This document shows, piece by piece, positions 46,847 to 56,199 of a stretch of 64,000 nt of DNA (position 1 is the first letter of the stretch; each line of letters begins with the position of its first letter). The position numbers were made by a program, and so were the translations under genes. The stretch lies in NCBI GenBank assembly GCA_043823435.1, contig JBDRAV010000013.1, positions 1,012 to 65,011 of the forward strand, given 5' to 3'. The notes beneath the pieces are model-generated. The model had not been told where the DNA came from, did no database searches, and was given only the letters and a program-made list of their open reading frames with translations. The DNA is from Candidatus Omnitrophota bacterium. Lineage in GTDB: Bacteria; Omnitrophota; Gorgyraeia; Gygaellales; Profunditerraquicolaceae.

Positions 46847-46906
46847 CCCGCTAAACTATGTATTAGCGGGCGGGATCCCGCTGGCGAAACTAAAATATAC
46901 AGCGGG
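46847..46906 (+). other. Two related hairpins (CCCGCT...AGCGGG) after thiC
   Basis: CCCGCTAA (46847-54) / TTAGCGGG (46863-70). Palindrome CGGGATCCCG (46871-80). CCCGCTG (46877-83) / CAGCGGG (46900-06). No T-run. Confidence 0.45.
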
Positions 46907-46928
46907 ATAAGCTAGGCCGATAGTTATT

Positions 46929-46999
46929 GCGGGTGTAATTCAGTGGTAGAATGACAGCTTCCCAAGCTGTATATGGCGGTTCGATTCCGCTCACCCGCT
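46929..46999 (+). tRNA. tRNA-Gly (anticodon CCC)
   Basis: Hand-folded cloverleaf: acceptor GCGGGTG/CACCCGC, D stem ATTC/GAAT, anticodon stem ACAGC/GCTGT with loop TTCCCAA, T arm GGCGG-TTCGATT-CCGCT, discriminator T. CCA is not encoded. Confidence 0.92.
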
Positions 47000-47000
47000 T

Positions 47001-47067
47001 ACTTTTGCTTTTAATGTAAAAGCAAAAGTATACCGGAGCAAACCATTTCATTAATGAAATGGTTTGC
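47001..47067 (+). other. Two perfect AT-rich palindromic hairpins 3' of tRNA-Gly
   Basis: ACTTTTGCTTTTA-ATG-TAAAAGCAAAAGT (47001-29) and the 30-nt perfect palindrome GCAAACCATTTCATT/AATGAAATGGTTTGC (47038-67). Confidence 0.6.
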
Positions 47068-47127
47068 GGAGGTATCATGATGGTTTTAATGCAAAATTAA
47101 GTTTTTACTTGAGAAATATATAATTAT

Positions 47128-47796
47128 ATGTCGATAAAGCCCTCATCATATCTTATTTATCTTATCGCATGCCTGCTTTTTCTATCCGGTTGCGCCACTC
47201 CTTTTGGCCTGGGGCCGTCAAGGCAGCAATTTAACATCCCGGGTATTTACCACAATGTAGAAAGGGGCCAGACGCTCTGGAGGATATCCAGGATTTATAA
47301 TGTAGAACTTGATGAAATAGTGCGGATTAACCGTATTCCGGATGCCGCGAGCATAGAACAGGGGCAGCTTATATTCATACCCTCTGTAAAAAGCAAACCT
47401 CAGGCTACCAGATACTCTCCGGGGGAAGAATTCGCCTGGCCGATTAAGGGGATAATGATCGCTAATTTCGGGCAGACTTATAACGATATGATCAATAAAG
47501 GGATAAATATACGGCGGATAAAGAGCGGTGATGTCCTCGCCTCGCGTAGCGGAAGGATAGTTTTTTACGACCCGGAATTCGAAAGATTCGGTAAGACTAT
47601 AATCATTGACCACGGCGACGGATTTTCTACGGTCTATGCCGGAAACTCGGAAGTATTCGTCAAGTCCGGGGATAATGTCGGGAAAGGGAGCGTTATCGCT
47701 ACCCTAAGCTCATCCGATAAATACAAGAATCCATACCTGCATTTTGAGATAAGAAAGGGGCATATACCCCAAAACCCTAATTTTTATTTACCGTGA
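47128..47796 (+). CDS. LysM + M23 peptidase lipoprotein (NlpD-like)
   Basis: Lipobox LLFLSGC, LysM (YHNVERGQTLWRISRIY), M23 core (IIIDHGDGFSTVYA). Confidence 0.85.
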   Translation: MSIKPSSYLIYLIACLLFLSGCATPFGLGPSRQQFNIPGIYHNVERGQTLWRISRIYNVELDEIVRINRIPDAASIEQGQLIFIPSVKSKPQATRYSPGEEFAWPIKGIMIANFGQTYNDMINKGINIRRIKSGDVLASRSGRIVFYDPEFERFGKTIIIDHGDGFSTVYAGNSEVFVKSGDNVGKGSVIATLSSSDKYKNPYLHFEIRKGHIPQNPNFYLP

Positions 47797-49394
47797 AGAA
47801 AGATATCCTGTTCGGAAGAAAGACATATCTGGACCTACTGGACAAACGCATCAATGACCTCCGCGACGGTTACCGTCAGAACCTCGCCATCATTGGAGAT
47901 GAGCTTATAGGGAAGACTTCCATAATCTTTAATTTCCTTAATAACTTTTACGACAATCGCCTGATAATAATATACCTGGAGATAAGGCTGGAATCGCTAT
48001 CGTCTTTTGCGAAAAGATTCATCGGTGTCCTGCTCTATAATTTCCTCTCTAATAGCGGAATGCCATTAGAGGAAAACCTGGATTTTCTGGTGGCTAAATC
48101 AGAAAAATACATACCCAGAACCGTAGAGAAGGCAAGACATATCCTTGCGGCGGTGGAAAGAAGAAGAAAGAGCAATATCTTCATCGAGCTCCTTTCCCTA
48201 TTCGAAATCATCAACCAGGAGACAGATAAATGCTGCGTAGCGATATTCGATGAGTTCCATAACCTGGAAAATATGGGTATTAAAGACCTGTATCCTGAAT
48301 GGTCTAAAATACTTATCCTGCAGAAAAAAATGATGTATATAATCACAAGCTCCCGGAAGACGAAGGCAAAGGCAATATTATCCAAGAACCTTTCGTTGTT
48401 ATTCGGGAACTTCGAAATAATTACCGTAGAGCCTTTTGATACAAAAACAAGCAATGATTACCTGGACCACAGGCTCGCAGGAAGAAATTTAAACACCGGA
48501 ATAAAGAAATTCATTATTAACTTTACCGGCGGCAACCCTTTTTACCTTGATCTCCTGGCCAGAGAATTAATGCTGGTGGATTCTGCCCGTATAGCGGATA
48601 TGCTCGAGGAGCTGCTCTTCATACCCTCGGGGATATTAAACCAGAAATTTTCAACTTATCTTAAGCGTTTTTTAGATACACCTTACTGCCAGGATTATAT
48701 TGCGATCTTATACCTGGTTTCCGATGGACATAATAAACTCAAGGATATCGCTCATATTCTGCATAAACAAAGAAAAGAACTGACAGCGAGGGTGAATTAT
48801 TTGCTGGATCTAGATGCGATAAGCCGTAACGGCGATTTCCTGAAAATTAACGACCGCGTATTCGGATTCTGGATGCTGTTCGTGTACCAGGAAAAATTGC
48901 AGTCCCTGACCTTTGACGCCAAGAACCAGAAAGTCGCTTTCAGGGATAAGATAGAAAGTATGATACAGGAATTCCTTTCTAATGACCGCAAGACACCGGT
49001 AGAAAGGACAATCGAATTAATGCATCTTTTCGGTGACGACGTGATACACTTAGAAAGGAAACGCCTGAGGCTCACTCATTTCAGAGAGATAAAAACGCTG
49101 GAATTCAATAACCGCCGTCTAAGGGAAGGGGTGATCGGGCGTTCGCACGACAACCTTTGGATAATCGCTTTTAAACAGGGCCTGTTAACCGAAGAAGATA
49201 TAGTTGAGTTTTCCAGGGAATGCAAGAAATACCGCCATAAACTGCAGCGGAAGATTATAATTGTCCTGCAGGATATAGATATGAATACGCGCCTTCGGGC
49301 GCTGGAGGAAAAAGTATGGACCTGGGACTTGAATAACGTGAATCAGATCATGGACCTTTACTCCAGACCCAGGATCATAGCGTGCAGGCAATGA
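47793..49394 (+). CDS. P-loop ATPase (archaeal-ATPase/DUF234-like architecture), function unknown
   Basis: 533 aa, Walker A GDELIGKTS, Walker B VAIFDEF, wHTH-like middle region. GTGA overlap with the upstream gene. Confidence 0.55.
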   Translation: MKKDILFGRKTYLDLLDKRINDLRDGYRQNLAIIGDELIGKTSIIFNFLNNFYDNRLIIIYLEIRLESLSSFAKRFIGVLLYNFLSNSGMPLEENLDFLVAKSEKYIPRTVEKARHILAAVERRRKSNIFIELLSLFEIINQETDKCCVAIFDEFHNLENMGIKDLYPEWSKILILQKKMMYIITSSRKTKAKAILSKNLSLLFGNFEIITVEPFDTKTSNDYLDHRLAGRNLNTGIKKFIINFTGGNPFYLDLLARELMLVDSARIADMLEELLFIPSGILNQKFSTYLKRFLDTPYCQDYIAILYLVSDGHNKLKDIAHILHKQRKELTARVNYLLDLDAISRNGDFLKINDRVFGFWMLFVYQEKLQSLTFDAKNQKVAFRDKIESMIQEFLSNDRKTPVERTIELMHLFGDDVIHLERKRLRLTHFREIKTLEFNNRRLREGVIGRSHDNLWIIAFKQGLLTEEDIVEFSRECKKYRHKLQRKIIIVLQDIDMNTRLRALEEKVWTWDLNNVNQIMDLYSRPRIIACRQ

Positions 49395-49879
49395 AGATCG
49401 GGGTAATTTCAGATACGCATATACCGGACCGCACGGAAGATATCCCTGCCCCCATACTGGAAGCCTTTAAAGGGGTGGATATGGTAATCCATGCCGGAGA
49501 CCTGGTGGACCTTAGGGTTATCGATAAACTAAAGAGCGTTTGTAAAAACGTAAAGGCGGTATGGGGCAATATGGACCCCTACGAAATAAGAAAGAGGCTT
49601 CCGGAAAAAGAGATCATCGAGATAGGAAAATACAGGATAGGGCTTATACACGGCTACGGCCATCCCGGGAAATTAATAGAACTTATTACGGAAATATTCA
49701 AGAACGATAATCTCGACATGATAATTTTCGGGCACTCGCACTCCGCTATAAACGAAAAAAGGGGCAAGGTAATATATTTTAATCCCGGCAGCGCCACGGA
49801 TAAGATATTCTCCCCCTACAATTCATACGGGATCATAGAAATCAACGATAAAATAGAAGCAAAGGTCGTGAAGTTATGA
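49382..49879 (+). CDS. YfcE/MJ0936-family metallophosphoesterase
   Basis: MKIGVISDTHIP...HAGD...GNMD...GHSH.... Confidence 0.85.
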   Translation: MQAMKIGVISDTHIPDRTEDIPAPILEAFKGVDMVIHAGDLVDLRVIDKLKSVCKNVKAVWGNMDPYEIRKRLPEKEIIEIGKYRIGLIHGYGHPGKLIELITEIFKNDNLDMIIFGHSHSAINEKRGKVIYFNPGSATDKIFSPYNSYGIIEINDKIEAKVVKL

Positions 49880-50349
49880 CGATAAAGAGACTCTGGGCAC
49901 CATGGAGGATTAAATATATAAAAAGCAAAAAGCAAAAAGGTTGCATATTCTGCAAAAGCTTGAGAGCCAAAGGCGGGGACTACGTCGTGTTAAAGAACAA
50001 ATATTCCTTTGCGCTGTTGAATATCTTTCCTTATAATAACGGCCATGTTTTGGTCTCGCCTGTAAGGCATATACGCGACCTTTCGCAATTGAAGGACACC
50101 GAAGTAATGGACCTTTTTGGGACCTTAAAGAAAACAAAGAGGCTGCTGGATAAGGTCTTAAAGCCCGACGGCTACAATATCGGAATAAATACTTCCAAAA
50201 GCGCTGGCGCAGGAGAGACAGGGCATATGCATATACATATCGTCCCCCGCTGGAAAGGGGATACCAACTTTATCACTACCCTTTCAGAGACAAAGATAAT
50301 TTCGCAATCCCTTGATGAATTATATAAACAATTGAGGAAGGCATGCTGA
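49876..50349 (+). CDS. HIT-family nucleotide hydrolase/transferase
   Basis: 157 aa, histidine triad HMHIHIVPR. Confidence 0.87.
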   Translation: MTIKRLWAPWRIKYIKSKKQKGCIFCKSLRAKGGDYVVLKNKYSFALLNIFPYNNGHVLVSPVRHIRDLSQLKDTEVMDLFGTLKKTKRLLDKVLKPDGYNIGINTSKSAGAGETGHMHIHIVPRWKGDTNFITTLSETKIISQSLDELYKQLRKAC

Positions 50350-51497
50350 ATCAGGACCGTATGAAGGCACTCGAAGATTCCTTCCTGGCCCCTTACGCGA
50401 TGAAGAGCTATAACAGCCGGGGGAGGCCCCATAAAGAAAAGGAGCATCCGTACAGATCCGTATACCAGAGGGACCGGGACAGGATCATACATTCAGCTGC
50501 CTTCAGGAGGCTGGAATATAAAACCCAGGTATTCGTTAATCACGAAGGGGATTATTACCGCACCAGGCTTACCCACACCATAGAAGTCGCGCAGATAGCC
50601 AGGACCATAGCGGCAACTTTAAGGTTAAACGTAGATTTAACCGAGGCCATAGCCCTGGCCCATGATTTAGGCCACACCCCTTTCGGCCATTCCGGAGAAG
50701 ATGCCCTTGACGAATTGATGAAGAAATTCGGGGGTTTCAACCATAACCGACAGGGCTTAAGAGTAGTTGACCTTTTGGAAGAAAGATACCCTGATTTCCC
50801 CGGGCTTAATTTAAGCTGGGAGGTAAGGGAAGGAATCATAAAACATTCAACGGCCTTTGACAGATCAGTGAAGATTAGCGGGCTTGCGCCAAAGGAGATG
50901 CCGACCATGGAAACACAGGTAGTTGACATAGCCGATGAGATAGCCTATGACAACCATGACCTCGACGACGGAATCACCTCGGGCCTGCTGAAAGAAAGGG
51001 ACTTGAAAAAACTTCCGCTCTGGGATAAAATAAGTAAGGAAACTGACAAAAAATATGATAGAATATCAAGCGAGAAAAGAAAATACCTGCTTATACGCTC
51101 TTTGATCGACCTGCAGGTTACGGACCTGATCCGGGAAACAGAAAAAACGATAAGGAAACTTAATCTTAAAACCTGCTCCCGGGTCAAAGGTTTAAACAGA
51201 AAGATCGTATCTTTCAGTAACCAGATGCAGGAATTAAGGAAGCCACTACGCTCATTTCTTAAAGAGAACCTTTACCGGCATTATCGTGTAATAAGAATGA
51301 GCTACAAGGCCAAACGTTTTATCCAGGAGCTGTTTAATATTTATCTGAAAAACCCCCGGCAGCTGCCGCAACACATACAAAAGAATATACCTTCAGAGGG
51401 AGTAAGACGGGTAATATGCGATTATATCGCCGGGATGACCGATAGGTATGCCTTAGATGAATACAAAAAGCTATTTGACCCCTACGAAAAAGTATAA
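50343..51497 (+). CDS. dgt: dGTPase-like HD-domain triphosphohydrolase
   Basis: 384 aa, ...YQRDRDRIIHSAAFRRLEYKTQVF...RLTHTIEV...HDLGHTPFGH.... Confidence 0.87.
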   Translation: MLNQDRMKALEDSFLAPYAMKSYNSRGRPHKEKEHPYRSVYQRDRDRIIHSAAFRRLEYKTQVFVNHEGDYYRTRLTHTIEVAQIARTIAATLRLNVDLTEAIALAHDLGHTPFGHSGEDALDELMKKFGGFNHNRQGLRVVDLLEERYPDFPGLNLSWEVREGIIKHSTAFDRSVKISGLAPKEMPTMETQVVDIADEIAYDNHDLDDGITSGLLKERDLKKLPLWDKISKETDKKYDRISSEKRKYLLIRSLIDLQVTDLIRETEKTIRKLNLKTCSRVKGLNRKIVSFSNQMQELRKPLRSFLKENLYRHYRVIRMSYKAKRFIQELFNIYLKNPRQLPQHIQKNIPSEGVRRVICDYIAGMTDRYALDEYKKLFDPYEKV

Positions 51498-52530
51498 GGC
51501 GCTGATTTCCGCCATCCATGCCATTTACCGCCTGGTCAGTTCCACCTTTGAATTAAAGGACCTGGTGATACGGCTGGACAGACTTATCTGCCAGATATTC
51601 AATTCGCAGTATTGCCTGATAGCGCTGTTGGACACGGCAAAACACCATTATTTATTCAGGTGCCTGGCAACTGGAAGGAAAAGGTGCGTTTTAGATAAGA
51701 AGGCGGGGATATCTAACGGAATAGAAAAAAGAATCATAAAGAAACTTACTGTAGTCCGGGAGGAAAGATTGCTGGGTATACCGCTTATTTCCGAGGATAT
51801 AAGCGGTATGATCGTGATAAAAAGGGATGCAAAGGGAGAGCCTTTCGATAAATTTGACCAGGAGATGTTGATGACGTTGGGTGAGCAGGCGATAATAGGG
51901 TTAAGGACCCTGCAGTTGTATGAGGAGCAGCAGAAGATAATCCTGGGAAGCATAAAATCATTGGTCACTCTGCTAGATACAAGAGTACCTCAGGAGTATA
52001 CCCATACGCCGTATTTCAGCCACCTGGTGGCAATGATAGCTAATCAAATGCATCTTGACCTAAAACAGGTTGAGAGCCTGAAGTACGCCAGCATGCTGCA
52101 CGATGCGGGAAAAGTTGATATACCGATACAGATACTTACCAAGACATCAAAGCTTACTCCTTATGAATACAAAATCATTAAAAGGCACCCTCTCGCGGGA
52201 GCGCAGATACTAAGGCACCTGCAGATCCTAAAGCCGGTTATACCGATAATAATGCATCACCACGAGAAGTATAACGGCACAGGGTACCCTTCCAGGCTCA
52301 AGAAAGGCCAGATCCCCCAGGGGGCGCGCATCATGGCGGTCGCCGACGCCTTTGAAGCCATGGTTTACGGAAGGCCATACCGGGAAAGGATGAATATACC
52401 TTCCGCCATAAAGGAGATTAAAAAGAAGAGCGGGACCCAGTTTGACCCCAAGGTCGTAGAAGCATTCCTGAAGGTAGCTAAAAAAATAAAAACAAAAAAA
52501 TATTTGCAAATAAACAATAAAAAAAGATAA
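51457..52530 (+). CDS. GAF + HD-GYP domain phosphodiesterase
   Basis: 357 aa, HD...HHEKYNGTGYP signature. Start overlaps dgt by 41 nt and is uncertain. Confidence 0.83.
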   Translation: MNTKSYLTPTKKYKALISAIHAIYRLVSSTFELKDLVIRLDRLICQIFNSQYCLIALLDTAKHHYLFRCLATGRKRCVLDKKAGISNGIEKRIIKKLTVVREERLLGIPLISEDISGMIVIKRDAKGEPFDKFDQEMLMTLGEQAIIGLRTLQLYEEQQKIILGSIKSLVTLLDTRVPQEYTHTPYFSHLVAMIANQMHLDLKQVESLKYASMLHDAGKVDIPIQILTKTSKLTPYEYKIIKRHPLAGAQILRHLQILKPVIPIIMHHHEKYNGTGYPSRLKKGQIPQGARIMAVADAFEAMVYGRPYRERMNIPSAIKEIKKKSGTQFDPKVVEAFLKVAKKIKTKKYLQINNKKR

Positions 52531-52539
52531 TAAATACGT

Positions 52540-53076
52540 ATGGATAATCAACAACACGATCAGTTAGAGTTATTCTCGCAAACAAAAGGCCAGGCGAAGG
52601 CGCGCACGAGCGTAGGATTCAAGGCACGCATATCCAGATACGAAAAAACCATACTTATAATCATAGGGATTGCGGTTATGAGTATCGCCTCTTTCTCTTT
52701 CGGGGTGGAGAAAGGGAAGGAACTTAGTGTTTCAAACACCGCTTCCAAGCTTGATATAGCGGCTAATCCCGTCCCCCTGCCATCCATAACCCAGGCTAAG
52801 CAGGCGATCATGGAAAATGGACCTCAAGCCAAGGAAAAAGAAGAGCTCCCGGAGCAGGTCCAGGGCTATACTATTCAGGTAGCCTCCTTCTTAAATAAGA
52901 CGAACGCCCAGAAGGAAGTGTCTACTTTAAAAAACAAAGGAATGACGGCCATGGTATTGTCTAAAGGAAAATTCAGTATTGTATGCGTGGGCAGCTTCAC
53001 CGGGAAAAAGGAAGCAGAGTCTTTTCTGCCGAAACTGAAGAAACGATACCAGGATTGTCTCGTAAGGAGGTTATGA
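52540..53076 (+). CDS. SPOR-domain protein
   Basis: 178 aa, one TM segment, C-terminal SPOR-like YTIQVASF... Confidence 0.68.
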   Translation: MDNQQHDQLELFSQTKGQAKARTSVGFKARISRYEKTILIIIGIAVMSIASFSFGVEKGKELSVSNTASKLDIAANPVPLPSITQAKQAIMENGPQAKEKEELPEQVQGYTIQVASFLNKTNAQKEVSTLKNKGMTAMVLSKGKFSIVCVGSFTGKKEAESFLPKLKKRYQDCLVRRL

Positions 53077-53080
53077 GTTT

Positions 53081-53371
53081 ATGTCTATTCATCCATCATT
53101 AAAATTATCCGATAAAGATAAAAAACAGAGGTCGGTATTAAAACGCACAGAACGCCTGAGGACCATGCTGGAAAAGGAAGAATGGAAACCGGGGGATAAA
53201 GTCTGCGGTTTACCAAAAATCAAGACCCTGAAGATCAGGATCAAGAAGGAAAAGACGGCAGAAAAGACTGAAGAGGTTACCGCGGCCGAAGGCGTTGCTC
53301 CTGCCGCATCTGAAAGCAAGGAACAGCCTTCTGCCAAAGGGGCTGCGGCTAAGAAATCAGGGGAAAAATAA
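53081..53371 (+). CDS. Small basic protein (PVC-superphylum type)
   Basis: 96 aa, ...KQRSVLKRTERL...W.PGDKVCGLPK.... Family assignment is from memory. Confidence 0.5.
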   Translation: MSIHPSLKLSDKDKKQRSVLKRTERLRTMLEKEEWKPGDKVCGLPKIKTLKIRIKKEKTAEKTEEVTAAEGVAPAASESKEQPSAKGAAAKKSGEK

Positions 53372-53379
53372 CAGGATAA

Positions 53380-54207
53380 ATGCATTCGCTAAAGAAGATA
53401 GTTATATGCGCGGGGATACTGTTTGTGTTCACGCCTTGTATCTGCATTGCGCAAGATCAGGATCCTGGCGCGCAGGAATTAGCGGCCGTTATTTGGCCCA
53501 AGACAGGATCAGTATTATTCTATGGAGAAATTACCGAAGATAATATCAATATACGCACCGATTCCACGGTAAGTTCGGAAATAATATGCGCCGTTAATAG
53601 CGCAGAACCTGTGGAGGTGATCAGGGAATCTTACGAATGGTATAAAATAAGATTGCCCGTGAGGGCCCCGGCCTTTATCAGCAAAGAGATGGTCGAGCCT
53701 ATCGACGGCAAAACCGCCAAAGTAAAAAAGAACAAGGTGAACATCCGCCTTAACCCAGACCGGTCATCCCCTATACTAGGACAGGCTGACAAGAACGAAA
53801 TAATAAATATAGTTGGTGAAAAGGCGGGTTGGTATAAAATAGAACCGACCAGTGGCAGTTCAGGCTGGGTGCATAAGAAATTTGTTGCCAAGTCCGATAC
53901 CGTAGAGAAGAGAAAAGAACCTGTGTTGGCCCAAAAGACGCAAGAAGACCTGGCAACGGATGAAGGGGCATCCGCAGATGAAAACGTAGTTATTGAAGGT
54001 ATAATAAAACCGTACGGAAGGGTATTCAGGCGGATGGCAACGCATAAGCTCATCAGCATAGATAAGAAGGTATTTTTGTTAAAAGGGAACAGGTCCGGAC
54101 TTGACAGCCTAAATAACCACAAGGTGAAGATAACGGGTAAACTGATCCAGACAGAAAACCGTAAATACCCTGTTATAGAAATACAAAAGATCGAGGCCAT
54201 GTATTGA
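53380..54207 (+). CDS. Secreted protein with two bacterial SH3 domains
   Basis: Signal peptide. The pattern N(I/V)R...(P/S)...WYKI(R/E) occurs twice. Confidence 0.6.
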   Translation: MHSLKKIVICAGILFVFTPCICIAQDQDPGAQELAAVIWPKTGSVLFYGEITEDNINIRTDSTVSSEIICAVNSAEPVEVIRESYEWYKIRLPVRAPAFISKEMVEPIDGKTAKVKKNKVNIRLNPDRSSPILGQADKNEIINIVGEKAGWYKIEPTSGSSGWVHKKFVAKSDTVEKRKEPVLAQKTQEDLATDEGASADENVVIEGIIKPYGRVFRRMATHKLISIDKKVFLLKGNRSGLDSLNNHKVKITGKLIQTENRKYPVIEIQKIEAMY

Positions 54208-54833
54208 ACCTGTCCGGACTCTTCATATCCTTTTTAATATCTTTCGGTTTGTTAATGATCGCCGTGACTGTGCATGAATTCTCGCATGGCTGGGTGGCGT
54301 ATAAGCTGGGAGACCCCACCGCAAAAAATTCCGGAAGGCTGACCTTAAACCCCCTTGCGCATATAGACCCCATATGGACGTTCCTGCTTCCGCTATTCCT
54401 TTTTATCAACACAGGAGGTAGATTCACTTTTGGAGCAGCTAAACCTGTCCCTATAAATTACCTCTCTTTAAAGAGTCCAAAAAGAGATATGGTTCTAATA
54501 GGCGCGAGCGGCCCCCTGGCGAATTTCATCCTTGCCTTTCTCTTAAGCCTCTTGCTGAAGACTGCTGTTTTGGCGTTCCCCATAAGCCTTATAATCATAA
54601 GACTGATAGTGATAAATGTGGTTTTAGGAGTATTCAACCTTATACCCATTCCTCCCCTGGATGGGTCCCGGATATTAATCGGGGCATTGCCCCGGGAGCT
54701 GGCGCGCCAATACGCGTTCATTGAACCTTACGGTTTTCTTATTATTATCCTGTTACTGTATTCAGGCATCTTTGGCCGGATAATCTGGCCGATAGTAGGC
54801 CTTATATTGGGATTCATGGGAGTAGCCTTTTAA
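54204..54833 (+). CDS. Site-2 protease family (M50) membrane metalloprotease
   Basis: 209 aa, HEFSHG zinc motif, multi-TM. TTG start overlaps the upstream stop. Confidence 0.8.
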   Translation: MNLSGLFISFLISFGLLMIAVTVHEFSHGWVAYKLGDPTAKNSGRLTLNPLAHIDPIWTFLLPLFLFINTGGRFTFGAAKPVPINYLSLKSPKRDMVLIGASGPLANFILAFLLSLLLKTAVLAFPISLIIIRLIVINVVLGVFNLIPIPPLDGSRILIGALPRELARQYAFIEPYGFLIIILLLYSGIFGRIIWPIVGLILGFMGVAF

Positions 54834-54843
54834 AAAGCCGAAT

Positions 54844-55932
54844 ATGCGCACGTTAAAACTCGATTTAAATAAACGTTCCTATAATATAATAATCGGAGCT
54901 GGTATCCTCGGTGGTTTGGGCAGGCAGATACGCAGATTAGATATCGGCTCTGACGCGTATGTGATTACAAACCCTTTCATACGGAACAAATACGGCCCCT
55001 TGCTTGATAGAACGCTCACGGCATCCGGATTTACGGTAAAATTCAGGAACATTCCGGATACGGAGAAAAGCAAATCCATGGAAGTCGCCTCTTCCGTGAT
55101 AAATGATATAACCTGTTACGATAAGAAAAAGGATATCTTTATCGTTGCTTTCGGCGGCGGAGTGATCGGCGACCTGTCAGGATTCATAGCTTCTATTTAT
55201 AAGCGCGGCATCCCTTATATACAGGTCCCGACAACGCTCCTTGCCCAGGTCGATTCTGCTATCGGCGGGAAGACCGCCGTTGACTTAAGCCGGGGCAAGA
55301 ACCTGGTAGGAGCATTTTATCAGCCTCGCCTGGTATATAGCGACGTAAGGGTGATCAGGACGCTGGATAAGAGGCAGGTGCGTAGCGGCCTGGCGGAGAT
55401 AATAAAATACGGTATAATAAAGGACCCCCGGTTATTCGGTTATCTTGAGAAAAAATACCGCGATATCCTGAACCTGAATCCGGCCGCTTTGGAATTTACT
55501 GTCATGCGCTCAAGCAGGATTAAGGCCCTGGTCGTCCGTCAGGATGAACGTGAAACAAAGGGAGTGCGTACAATATTGAACTTCGGGCATACTATCGGGC
55601 ACGCTATCGAGGCTGCCGCAGGATTTAAATCCTACACTCACGGAGAAGCTGTGGCGCTGGGGATGCTCGTCGCCTCTGATATAAGCAGGGAATTGAATCT
55701 TAGCGATGCGGCAACCGTAAAAAGGATAGAGGGCCTTATAAGATCGGCGGGCCTGCCTACGACAATAAAGGGGGTATCTGTCGGCAGGATAATAAAAATG
55801 CATTATCGCGACAAGAAATTCTCCGGCCCTGAAAATAAATTCGTCCTGGTCGAAAGGATTGGGAGGATAAAGATAGTAAAAAATGTACCCCTTGAAGCAA
55901 TCCGGCGGGCTTTAAGGGAGAGGACAGGATAG
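54844..55932 (+). CDS. aroB: 3-dehydroquinate synthase
   Basis: 362 aa, ...GGGVIGDLSGF...PTTLLAQVDSAIGGKTAV.... Confidence 0.93.
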   Translation: MRTLKLDLNKRSYNIIIGAGILGGLGRQIRRLDIGSDAYVITNPFIRNKYGPLLDRTLTASGFTVKFRNIPDTEKSKSMEVASSVINDITCYDKKKDIFIVAFGGGVIGDLSGFIASIYKRGIPYIQVPTTLLAQVDSAIGGKTAVDLSRGKNLVGAFYQPRLVYSDVRVIRTLDKRQVRSGLAEIIKYGIIKDPRLFGYLEKKYRDILNLNPAALEFTVMRSSRIKALVVRQDERETKGVRTILNFGHTIGHAIEAAAGFKSYTHGEAVALGMLVASDISRELNLSDAATVKRIEGLIRSAGLPTTIKGVSVGRIIKMHYRDKKFSGPENKFVLVERIGRIKIVKNVPLEAIRRALRERTG

Positions 55933-56083
55933 CCCTATCTTGCCTTATCTAAAAGCTTGATAATCGAACTGCTAGATTCCAGACCTAACCCTTCCATAGA
56001 GATTTCTGCTGCAGTTATGCCATCTACCTTACGATCTATCCCCTTACTTAACTATAGTGAAAATAACGCTTTTTGTAAAGTAT

Positions 56084-56112
56084 TTGACATACCCAAAAAT
56101 ATATGCTATATT
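56084..56112 (+). promoter_or_regulatory. Sigma70-like promoter (TTGACA-N17-TATATT)
   Basis: -35 at 56084-89, -10 at 56107-12, about 88 nt upstream of ATG 56200. Prediction by eye only. Confidence 0.55.
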
Positions 56113-56199
56113 CCCTAAATAGAGTCGAGTGGGTTTAACAAATAAGGATATTCTGGATAAATCAGCATAAATCAACTAAAGATAAAGGGAGAAGAGTTA

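Noticed and set aside
46929-49394. Genomic island integrated at tRNA-Gly
   Set aside because: No integrase or mobility gene is present. I could find no direct repeat of the tRNA 3' end downstream. The downstream genes are ordinary envelope and nucleotide-metabolism types on the same strand.
147-54200. Long minus-strand ORFs from the six-frame track (e.g. 24205-24900, 17659-18225, 53631-54200, 29677-30213, 20497-21033, 4606-5088)
   Set aside because: Each lies entirely antisense to a confidently recognised + strand gene. Each has a low-complexity or odd composition and no recognisable family. These are typical shadow ORFs.
55933-56083. Possible sRNA or gene remnant in the 267-nt spacer after aroB
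   Set aside because: There is no convincing stem-loop, terminator or conserved motif. The only ORF (ATG 56018, 33 codons) runs through the predicted promoter and lacks an SD.
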